A DNA stretch of 64,000 nt from an uncultured Acidobacteriota bacterium. Lineage in GTDB: Bacteria; Acidobacteriota; Vicinamibacteria; Fen-336. The position numbers were made by a program, and so were the translations under genes. The first letter of the stretch is position 1. Every line of letters begins with the position of its first letter. The DNA lies in assembly GCA_963729875.1 (NCBI GenBank), contig CAVSPR010000006.1:595571-659570 (forward strand). Reading direction: 5' to 3'. Shown here one piece after another: positions 19,786 to 28,098 of the stretch. Below the pieces are notes generated by a model, which was not told the origin of the DNA, searched no databases, and saw only the letters and a program-made list of their open reading frames with translations.

Positions 19786-20655
19786 ATGAGCGCGCGGACG
19801 GCCGAGGCGAGCGCACCCTGTCGGGTGGACCTCGCCGGCGGGGAACCGGGGAGCGTGGTGGTGACGGTGGCACTCGACCGGCGGGCGTGGGCGCGCGTCG
19901 AGGCCGGGGTTAGCGGGGTCGAGATCGAGTCGAAGGACGCCCCATCCCGCGCGCGCGGCCGGGACGTGGAGGAACTGCTCGAGACCGGCACGCTCCCTCT
20001 CGCGGCGCGCGTCCTGCGGGCCCTGGGCGTGAAGACCGGCGTGCGCGTGGTCACCCAGTCGCGCGTGCCGCCGGGTTCCGGGCTCGGGGAAGGCGCCGCG
20101 CTGGCGGTGGCCGTCGTCGGGGCGGCCGCTCGCGCCCTCGACCGCCGTCTCGGGCCCGACGAGATCGCGAACGTGGCGGCCGAGGCCCTGGGCCCGGACC
20201 AGGAGGCGCACACCGCCGTTCTCGGCGGGGTTCTCGCGCTTCACCCGGAGGGGGGACGCTTCCGGCCCGAGCGTCTGCACGTGGACCCGGCACGGATCGA
20301 GGAGTCGCTGCTCCTGCTGGACGGGGGCGTCCCGCCATCCGAGGCGCTCTCGCGCGGACCCGTGGCGAACGCCCCGGAGGTCTCCCGGGGCATCCGTGCG
20401 GCCCTGCTGGAAGGGCGGATCGAGGAGCTGATCGGCCTCTGGGCCGAAGAGGCGGGCGCCGTCGGCGAGGCCGTTCGGGCGGCGGGCGGCGCGTCACGGG
20501 TCTGCGGGGCGGGGCGAGGCCGGATCGTGGCCGCCTGGGCGCCCCCTGGCTCACGCGGGCCGGGCATCCGCGAGGCCGTGGTCGCCGCGGCGAAGGCGGC
20601 AGGCCTGCGGATCTTCCAAGCGCGCGTGGACCTGCGGGGCCTGGACGTGGAGTGA
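19786..20655 (+). CDS. GHMP-family kinase (substrate unknown)
   Basis: 289 aa. CRVDLAGG N-terminus and the GHMP motif PPGSGLGEGAALAVAVVGA. ATG 19786 preceded by GGGGAGG. Confidence 0.75.
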   Translation: MSARTAEASAPCRVDLAGGEPGSVVVTVALDRRAWARVEAGVSGVEIESKDAPSRARGRDVEELLETGTLPLAARVLRALGVKTGVRVVTQSRVPPGSGLGEGAALAVAVVGAAARALDRRLGPDEIANVAAEALGPDQEAHTAVLGGVLALHPEGGRFRPERLHVDPARIEESLLLLDGGVPPSEALSRGPVANAPEVSRGIRAALLEGRIEELIGLWAEEAGAVGEAVRAAGGASRVCGAGRGRIVAAWAPPGSRGPGIREAVVAAAKAAGLRIFQARVDLRGLDVE

Positions 20656-20669
20656 GGCGCAGGCCGGGC

Positions 20670-20675
20670 TATAAT
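20670..20675 (+). promoter_or_regulatory. Candidate -10 box upstream of efp
   Basis: Perfect TATAAT 26 nt upstream of the efp ATG. No convincing -35. Confidence 0.35.
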
Positions 20676-20701
20676 GCGGGGTTTGGAGAGGTAGCGAGGG
20701 A

Positions 20702-21265
20702 ATGATCCAGGCGACGCAGCTCAAGAAGGGCATGTGCATCAAGCACGACAACGACCTCTACCGGATCGTGGAGGCGCAGCACAAGACGCCGGGCAACCTG
20801 CGGGGGCTGGTGCAGACGAAGATCCGGAGCCTGAAGACCGGCGCCATCAGCGAGCACCGCTTCCGGTCGGTGGACATGGTGCAGCGGGCCATCCTGGACG
20901 AGACGGAGATGGAGTACCTGTACCAGGACGGCGACATGTACAACTTCATGAACAACGAGACCTTCGAGCAGGTGGCGCTCTCGGACGACGTCCTCGGCGA
21001 CGCCGTGCCGTACCTCATCCCGAACATCAAGCTCGCGATCGAGTTCTACGAGGGCCGGCCGGTGGGGATCGAGCTGCCCCTCACCGTCGAGATGAAGGTC
21101 ATGGAGACCGAGCCCGCCATCAAGGGGGCGAGTGTCTCGAACGTGGGCAAGCCCGCGAAGATGGAGACCGGGCTGATCGTGCAGGTCCCCCCGTTCATCA
21201 ACGAGGGCGACGTCATCCGCATCGACACCGCCAGCGCTTCGTACATCGAGCGCGTCGCGCGGTAG
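20702..21265 (+). CDS. efp: Elongation factor P
   Basis: 187 aa; the whole length is EF-P-like (…KTPGNLRGLVQTKIRSLKTGA…). Confidence 0.95.
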   Translation: MIQATQLKKGMCIKHDNDLYRIVEAQHKTPGNLRGLVQTKIRSLKTGAISEHRFRSVDMVQRAILDETEMEYLYQDGDMYNFMNNETFEQVALSDDVLGDAVPYLIPNIKLAIEFYEGRPVGIELPLTVEMKVMETEPAIKGASVSNVGKPAKMETGLIVQVPPFINEGDVIRIDTASASYIERVAR

Positions 21266-21274
21266 GACGACCCC

Positions 21275-21850
21275 TTGCCCGCCCCCCCGTCCGCCCGCCC
21301 GGGCTCGATCGAGGTCATCACCGGCAGCATGTTCAGCGGGAAGAGCGAGGAGCTCATCCGCCGCGTGCGCCGGGTCCAGATCGCCCGCCAGAAGGTGCAG
21401 CTGTTCAAGCCGAGGCTCGACGCCCGCTACTCGGAGGCGGAGATCGTCAGCCACTCGGAGATGAAGATGCCCTCCCAGGTCGTCGACAAGGCCGGGGAGA
21501 TCCCGCCCCTCGTGGTCCCGGACACCGAGGTGGTGGCCATCGACGAGGGCCAGTTCTTCGACGCCTCCCTGGTCGCGGTGGCGGACGAGCTCGCGAACCG
21601 CGGGCTGCGCGTCATCGTGGCCGGGCTCGACCAGGACTACCGGGGCCGGCCCTTCGAGCCCATGCCCCAGCTCATGGCGATCGCCGAGTACGTGGACAAG
21701 ACCCTCGCCGTCTGCATGCGTTGCGGGGCTCCCGCGAATCGCTCCCAGCGGCTGGTGCGGACCGAAGACCAGATCGTCGTGGGCGGCGCCGGCCAGTACG
21801 AGGCCCGCTGCCGCCGCTGCTTCCACCCTGAAGGCGTGGCGTCCGAGTAG
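21275..21850 (+). CDS. tdk: Thymidine kinase
   Basis: [17 protein letters not shown]-loop and C-terminal zinc motif CMRCG...ARCRRC. Confidence 0.92.
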   Translation: MPAPPSARPGSIEVITGSMFSGKSEELIRRVRRVQIARQKVQLFKPRLDARYSEAEIVSHSEMKMPSQVVDKAGEIPPLVVPDTEVVAIDEGQFFDASLVAVADELANRGLRVIVAGLDQDYRGRPFEPMPQLMAIAEYVDKTLAVCMRCGAPANRSQRLVRTEDQIVVGGAGQYEARCRRCFHPEGVASE

Positions 21851-21856
21851 CGCCCG

Positions 21857-22894
21857 GTGGACCTCCTCCCGCTCGACGGGGCCCAGGGCGAGGGCGGTGG
21901 GCAGGTCCTGCGGACCGCGCTGGCGCTCTCGGCGGCTACCGGGCAGGGCTTCCGCATCGAGCGGATCCGGGCCGGCCGTCTCCGCCCCGGCCTGCGGCCG
22001 CAGCACCTGGCGGCCGTGCGGGCGGCGGCGATGAGCTGCGGGGCCGAGGTGCACGGGGCCTTCGACGGCTCTCCCGACCTGCGCTTCGTGCCCGGGCCGG
22101 TCGCGGCCGGCGAGTTCCGGTTCGACATCGGGACGGCCGGGGCGGCCACCCTCGTCCTCCAGACGGTGCTCCCCGTGCTGGCCACCGCGGCCGCGACGAG
22201 CCGGGTCGTGGTGACGGGGGGCACGCACGTGCCGCGCAGCCCCAGCCATCACTTCCTCTCGCGGCACTGGGCGGAGGTGGTCGGGCGCATGGGCCTCTCG
22301 CCGCGCCTGCGCCTCGAGCAGGCGGGCTTCTCACCCCGTGGCGAGGGACGCATCGAGGCCGAGGTGGGGCCGTGGACGCGCCCGGCGACCCTCGACCTCT
22401 CGGAGCGGGGCGCCCTCGTGGCCGTGAGAGGCGTGTCGGGGTCGGCGCGGCTCAAGGGAGACGTGGCCCGGCGCGCGGCGGACGCCGCGCGGACCCTCCT
22501 CTGGGAGCAGCGGCGGATGGAGAGCGAGTGGGAGGTCGTGGACCTCCTGTCGGCCTCGCCCGGCTCCTTCCTGCTCGTCGAGGCCGTCTTCGAGACCGGC
22601 CGTGCCGCCTTCGGCTCGCTGGGGGAGCGCGGCCTGCCGCCGGAGGTCCTCGGCGAGAGGGCGGCGCGCCGCGTCCTCCGCTTCCTCGACGACGAGGAGG
22701 CGGCGGTCGACCCCTGGCTCGCCGACCAGCTCGCGGTTCCCCTCGCGCTGGCGGGGGGCGGGGGACGGCTCCAGACCTCGGAGCTCACCGCACACCTCGA
22801 GACCGTGGCGGGTGTCCTGCGCACCTTCGGAGTGGCCGCCGACACCTGGGGCCGGCGGGGGGGGCCGGGCGGCCTCGCGGTGGGGCGCGTTTGA
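21857..22894 (+). CDS. rtcA: RNA 3'-terminal phosphate cyclase
   Basis: 345 aa. GAQGEGGGQVLRTALALSAATGQGFRIERIRAGR and GLRPQHL are RtcA signatures. Confidence 0.88.
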   Translation: MDLLPLDGAQGEGGGQVLRTALALSAATGQGFRIERIRAGRLRPGLRPQHLAAVRAAAMSCGAEVHGAFDGSPDLRFVPGPVAAGEFRFDIGTAGAATLVLQTVLPVLATAAATSRVVVTGGTHVPRSPSHHFLSRHWAEVVGRMGLSPRLRLEQAGFSPRGEGRIEAEVGPWTRPATLDLSERGALVAVRGVSGSARLKGDVARRAADAARTLLWEQRRMESEWEVVDLLSASPGSFLLVEAVFETGRAAFGSLGERGLPPEVLGERAARRVLRFLDDEEAAVDPWLADQLAVPLALAGGGGRLQTSELTAHLETVAGVLRTFGVAADTWGRRGGPGGLAVGRV

Positions 22895-22917
22895 CCACCG
22901 ACCCGGGCGTCCCTAGG

Positions 22918-23088
22918 ATGGTTCTCGTGACCGACGAGGGACGCTCGCACCCCAGCACGGTGTTGCGCCTGCTCCTGTGGGACTTCAGCCGAGGCAGCCT
23001 CGCGTACGACCTGGCCTTCTTCGTCGCGATTGCCCTGCTGCTCCTCGTCCCCGCCGGGTTCTGGGGAGATCCGCTCTGCCCGAGGTGA
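22918..23088 (+). CDS. Hypothetical small membrane protein (56 aa)
   Basis: One predicted TM helix (LAYDLAFFVAIALLLLVPAGFW). 50 of 56 codons end in G/C by hand count. Stop overlaps the GTG of the next gene (GTGA). Weak SD. Confidence 0.4.
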   Translation: MVLVTDEGRSHPSTVLRLLLWDFSRGSLAYDLAFFVAIALLLLVPAGFWGDPLCPR

Positions 23089-24083
23089 CGGCGGGGGCGC
23101 GGGCGCTCTCCGGCGCGACGAAGAAGGCCCGGCTCCTCCGGGCCTTCCTCGCGGGAGTGCCGGTCCACTGCACGTGGCAGCTCTCGCCGCGGTGCGAGTC
23201 CCTGTGCCACTTCTGCGACCACCGCGCGGAGCACGCCGCGGAGGAACTCGACGCCCGCGCCTGCGCCGGGGTGGCCGAGGAGCTGGGCCGGGGCGGATCC
23301 CTGCTCGTCAGCTTCACCGGCTCCGAGCCGTTCCTTCGCCAGGACCTCCCGCAGATCGTGGCCGCGACGGCGTCCCGGCACTTCCCGTTGCTGGTGACGA
23401 ACGGGTGGCTGGTGAGCTCGGCCCGCGCGCGAGCGGTGTGGCACGCGGGGCTCGAGGCGGCCACCGTCACCCTCGAGGACGCCCTCCCGGAGCGGCACGA
23501 CACGGTCACGGGCCAGCCGGGCTCGCACGAGCGCGCGGTGGCAGCCCTGGAGCGACTGGGACGGGAGCGCACGCGGCGATCGCAGCGAGTGAACGTGCGA
23601 ACCCGCCTGCGGGACGCCGACCTTGGCCCGCTCGAGCGGGTGCTGGTGCAGGCCGCCCGACACGGCGCGACGGTCACGGTGGAGGCGGCCTTCCCCCTTC
23701 CCGTGCTCGACGGGGAGGCGGCGGCAATGGTGGCGAAGCTGCGCGAGCTGCGGCAGCGGCACGCTCACTTGCGCAGCGCCGCCCCCGCCCTCGAGGCGAT
23801 GGGCCACGCAGTGAGCGGGGGCGTGCCCGGCTGCCTGGCCGGGCGGGCCTTCTTCAACGTGGACCACCGGGGCCGGGTCACCAAGTGCGTCGAGTTCCGG
23901 GGCGCGGAGGACCGGGCGGGGGTGCTTCCGGCCGATCCGGAGCCGGCCGTCCGGGCGCGCCTGCGGGCGACGCACGCCGCCAACGACTGCCGGGCCTGCT
24001 GGTACGCCTCGCGCGCAGAGATCGAGTCGCTCTACACGGTGCGGGGCTTCGTGGCCGGCCTGCGGACCCTGGTCACGGCGTGA
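23085..24083 (+). CDS. Radical SAM protein
   Basis: CESLCHFC (CxxxCxxC) cluster, SFTGSEPFL (GGE-like) motif and C-terminal Cys pair CRACW. GTG 23085 preferred; the track start 22977 gives an Arg/Pro-rich extension overlapping the small ORF. Confidence 0.8.
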   Translation: MTAGARALSGATKKARLLRAFLAGVPVHCTWQLSPRCESLCHFCDHRAEHAAEELDARACAGVAEELGRGGSLLVSFTGSEPFLRQDLPQIVAATASRHFPLLVTNGWLVSSARARAVWHAGLEAATVTLEDALPERHDTVTGQPGSHERAVAALERLGRERTRRSQRVNVRTRLRDADLGPLERVLVQAARHGATVTVEAAFPLPVLDGEAAAMVAKLRELRQRHAHLRSAAPALEAMGHAVSGGVPGCLAGRAFFNVDHRGRVTKCVEFRGAEDRAGVLPADPEPAVRARLRATHAANDCRACWYASRAEIESLYTVRGFVAGLRTLVTA

Positions 24084-25379
24084 GTGGCCCGGGGGCTCTC
24101 GCCCTCTGCGTCCTCCTGCTCGCCGGCGCCCCCTCGACGCAGGCCCCTCCTTCGCCGGGCGAGAAGGGACCGGTCGCCGAAGCGGCGGACCTCGTCAACG
24201 CCCTCCTCGGCGGTCTGCTGGGGACCGGCGAGGTGACCGGCGCCCGTCTGCAGGAGGAGGTGGCCGAGGCCGGCGGCGTGCCGTTCCGACGCGACGTCCC
24301 CGTGGCCTTCCTCGGGCGGGAGCAGCTCGCCGCGTACCTCCGCGAGCTCTTCGACGACGAGTACCCCGTGGCCGTCGCCCGTTCCGACGAGCGCCTCCTC
24401 CAGGCGTTCGACCTGCTGCCCGCGGGGACGGACCTGCGCGCCCTGCGCGCGCAGGTCCTGGAGGAGAACGTGGCGGGCTTCTACGACGAGAGGCCGGACC
24501 GGAGGCGGCTGTACGCGGTCAGCGAGGAACGGTCCTTCTCGCCGATGAACCAGGTCATCCTCGCCCACGAGCTGCGGCACGCCCTTCAGGACCAATACGA
24601 GGACCTCGACTCGTTCCTCGGGCCGGACGTATCGGACTTCGACGACCGGCGGCTCGCCTGGACGTCCCTGCTCGAGGGCGACGCCACGCTCGTCATGGAG
24701 CGCTTCGTGCGGCTGCGCCTGGGCGCGCTCGGGGCCTCCGTCGGAGTCGGAGGGGACCGAGGGAGAGCCGCCTCCCGGGACACCGGGCCTCTTCGACGTA
24801 CCCGGGGCGCCGCCGGTGGTGCGGGACCAGCTGGTCCAGCCCTATCTCGCCGGGCTCGCTTTCGCGCGAGCGCTCTGGGCCCGGGGCGGCGCGCCGGCCC
24901 TCAGGGAGGCCTGGGGCCGGCCGCCCGAGTCGACCGAGCAGGTCCTTCACCCCGGGAAGTACTTCGCGCGCGAGCGCCCTCTTGCCGTGAGGCCCGCGGT
25001 TCCGGCGCCGGCCGGGGCGCGCCTCCTCTCGGAGGGCGTGCTCGGCGAGCTCCTGCTGAGGACGCTCCTCGAGGACGGAGCAGAGACGGCCGCCGCGGGA
25101 TGGGGCGGTGACGGGTGGCGCCTGTGGGACGTGGGAGAGCGGACGGCCCTCGCCTGGCGCACCGAGTGGGACTCGCCGGCCGACGCGGGGGAGTTCCATT
25201 CGGCCCTCCGTGCGCGGTTCGGACGCCACCGGCGCGCGCCGGCGCGCGGCGCGTGGGAGGTCTTCGCGAGCGGGAGCGGTCGCCTCTTCGGCATCCGGCG
25301 TTCCGGGGACGCGGTCGAGCTCGTCTCGGCCGATACGCCGGCCGTGCTCGACAGCCTGGTCGGACCCCCGGGCCCCTGA
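24080..25379 (+). CDS. Secreted HExxH protein (putative zinc metalloprotease), one frameshift as sequenced
   Basis: GTG overlaps the rSAM stop. Signal peptide ALALCVLLLAGAPSTQA. VILAHELRHALQDQYEDL and LLEGDATLVME motifs. Frame changes between about 24715 and 24760 and continues as ...PGLFDVPGAPPVVRDQLVQPYLAG to 25379. Confidence 0.6.
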
Positions 25380-25503
25380 GCGCGGAGCGCCGCCCGCCCG
25401 CCCGCCGGCCCCGCCCCGCTTGCTGCGGGCCGTGCGTAGGGCTAGAGTGCGTGCGGCGGCCGACCGGCCGAGGAGGCCGGGCGACGGGCCGCAAGGGGGA
25501 GAA

Positions 25504-25892
25504 ATGGCGACCTCGACACCTGGCGGCGCGAAGACGAACCTCGGCCTGGAGCCCAACGTCGCGGGCCTGCTCTGCTACGTCCCGTGCTGCATCGGCCTCG
25601 TGTTCTCCGTCGTGGCCGCGATCGTGGAGAAGCAGAGCCGTTTCGTCCGGTTCCACGCGTTCCAGAGCCTGCTCGTCCACGCGGCGGCCATCGTGCTGGG
25701 GATCGGCCTGAACTCGTGCAGGTGGCGCTCGGCTTCGCCGGGCTGGGGGCGGTCGGCCTGCTCCTGTCGCTCGTGGGGATGGTCGTCGGCGTGGCCTTCC
25801 TCGGCCTGACCATCTTCCTGATGATCAAGGCCAACGCGGGCGAGGAGCTGGAGCTGCCGGTGGTCGGGCCCCTGGCCCGCCAGTGGGCCTAG
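25504..25892 (+). CDS. DUF4870-like small membrane protein, one frameshift as sequenced
   Basis: LLCYVPCCIGLVFSVVAAIVEKQSRFVRFHAFQSLLVHAAAIVLGIGLN, then a frame change near 25720 to ...VALGFAGLGAVGLLLSLVGMVVGVAFLGLTIFLMIKANAGEE. Confidence 0.6.
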
Positions 25893-25931
25893 CCGCCGAA
25901 CCCTTCGCGCCGTCTCGCGCGGCGTCCGGGT

Positions 25932-27278
25932 CTAGCCTGCGGCCTGCTCCACCAGGATCCGGCCGGTAGCCCTCGAGCCGAGGATCCGGCCGGACCACTG
26001 CAGCCGAGGGCAGCACCACGGCGTAGACCTGCGGGTCGTCCACGACGTGCGGCGTCAGCTGGCCCGTCCACATGATGACGGAGGGGCCGGGACGGAGACC
26101 GGACGCCCGGGTTGACACGCCAGCGGGAGCGGCTTGCTCGCCACCGAGAGGGCCACCATGCCGGCGGCCCTCGAGAGCGACGACGTCGACCGGGCTCTCC
26201 TCCTCGCCGCCCAGGTGGAGGTAGCGGGGCTGCAGCCCCTCCTCGCAGGCGAGGAGGTGGGCGGGCTCGACGAAGACCGCCTCGTCCGCCACCGCATGAA
26301 GGTGATCTCGCGCTCGTGGTCGGTGAGGAGGAGGCGCCCCGTCCCGGTGACGATGACGAGGGCGGCGCGGGCGCCGGGCGCGCTTGTCCTTCACCCAGAA
26401 GGTCAGGTTGCCGCTGTAGGAGTAGATCGTGCCCTGCTTGATGAACACCTTCCCCGAGAAGTCGACCTCCATGAGGCCCTTGCCGAGGCCGCGGAACACC
26501 TCGCGGGCCGGTCTCGGCGCGCCGGGTGCGTCGCGGCGCCGGCGGGCGGCCGAGGGCAGCGCCGCCGCGGCTGACGCGCCGGGGAGGCGGGCGCCGGGCG
26601 GCAGCGTGTCGTCGTAGACCTGGAAGCGAGCGGTCTCGAGAGGCCGGGGAGCGGGCCGCGTCGAGCCAGCGACGAGGGACTGACGGGCCGGAGCGTCTTC
26701 TCGCCGTCGAACGGCGGGCCTGACGGGCGCGGCGGGGCCGGCCCGAGGCAAGGACACGATGGTGCCCGGCGGGGCGGTGGCGTCGGCCGCGCGCGCGGCC
26801 CGCGCGGCCGAGGCGCCCCTGGAGGCGCTGGACCATCAGGTGGGCGCCGGCATGCCGGTAGTGGTAGATCGCGTCCTTGTAGCGGTGCAGCCGCTCGTAG
26901 ATCGACCCGAGGTAGAAGTGGATCTTGGGGTTGCCCTGGGTCAGCTCCAGCGCCTTGAGGAACGCCGACTCCGCGTCCTCCAGGCGGCCCTGCTTGAAGC
27001 AGACGAGGCCCAGGTTGTAGTGGAGGGTGTGGGCCTCGGGGCTCTCCGCGATGAGCTTGCGGTAGACCTCCTCCGCCTTGGCGAGCTTCTCCGCGCGGAA
27101 GTAGACGAGGCCGAGAAGGTTCAGGACCCGCGGGTCGCGCGGGCGCAGCAGGTAGGCCTCCTCGAGCTGCCGCTCGGCCTCCTCGAAACGCCGCGCCTCG
27201 AAAGCCTCCCGTCCCTTGTTGAAGTGGGTGAGGAAGAGGCCCTGGTCGAACGGGCCCGCGGGGGATGGGGTCGGGCAT
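25932..27278 (-). pseudogene. TPR-repeat protein with C-terminal AIM24-like domain, frameshifted as sequenced
   Basis: ATG 27278, with a frame change in a C-run within the first 10 codons. A clean TPR stretch follows (FEARRFEEAERQLEEAYLL...IHFYLGSIYERLHRYKDAIYHY). The AIM24-like segments LMEVDFSGKVFIKQGTIYSYSGNLTFWVKDK and VIMWTGQLTP lie in other frames. Confidence 0.5.
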
Positions 27279-27287
27279 GGTGCCTCG

Positions 27288-28098
27288 CTAGTCGAAGGCG
27301 CGCACCGTCTGGTACACCGTCCCTCCGGCGGCGGCGCCTCGGCCACGTGGGTCACGCCGCGGCCGTCCCGCCAACGATAGTAGGTCCGCGGGCGCGCCGG
27401 CTCGACTCGGCGCGGCCGCGCGCCGGTGGCCGGCTGCCCGGCCGGCCGCGCAGCAGGTCGGTCGGGGACGAAGAACGCGGCCGCGTTCGGCCTTGGCCGG
27501 GGCCGGCGCGGCGGAGAAGCCGGCCCCAGCAGGGCCTGCACCTTGGCGACGTAGCCGCGCGTCTCCTTGTAGGGCGGGATGCCCCCGTAGCGCAGCACGG
27601 CGTTCTCGCCGGCGTTGTAGGCGGCGACGGCGAGGGCCAGGTCGCCCGGAACTGGTCGAGCAGGACGCGCAGGTACTGCGTGCCCGCCAAGATGTTCTGC
27701 CGCGCGTCGAACGGGTCCGGCGACGCCGAAGCGGCGCGCCGCCGGGGGCATCAGCTGCATCAGGCCCGCGCGCGCCCTTCGACGAGACGGCGAACTGGTC
27801 GAACTCGGACTCGACCGCGATCACCGCCTTCACCAGGTCCGGGCTCACGCCGTGGAGGCGGCGGCCTCCTCGACGTGTGCGTCGAACTGGCCCGAGTAGC
27901 CGCGATCGCCGGAAGCTGCGCGAGTGGATCAGCGTGCCCTTGCCCGGGTAGGTGAGGCGGAAGCCGGGGTCGTCGGGGACGTTCGTCGCCTCGACGACGC
28001 CGTTGGCGTTGACCCGCGTGTAGACCTGGGCCCGCGCCGTGCGGGCGCCAGCCAGAGCACGCAAGGACGGCGCCAGCGACGGCGGCCGTTCTAGGCAC
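27288..28098 (-). pseudogene. Lytic transglycosylase (SLT domain), frameshifted as sequenced
   Basis: GTG 28098 and a signal-like N-terminus. VKAVIAVESEFDQFAVSSKGARG, LMQLMPPAARRFGV and VAAYNAGENAVLRYGGIPPYKETRGYVAKV are split over frames. Confidence 0.65.
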
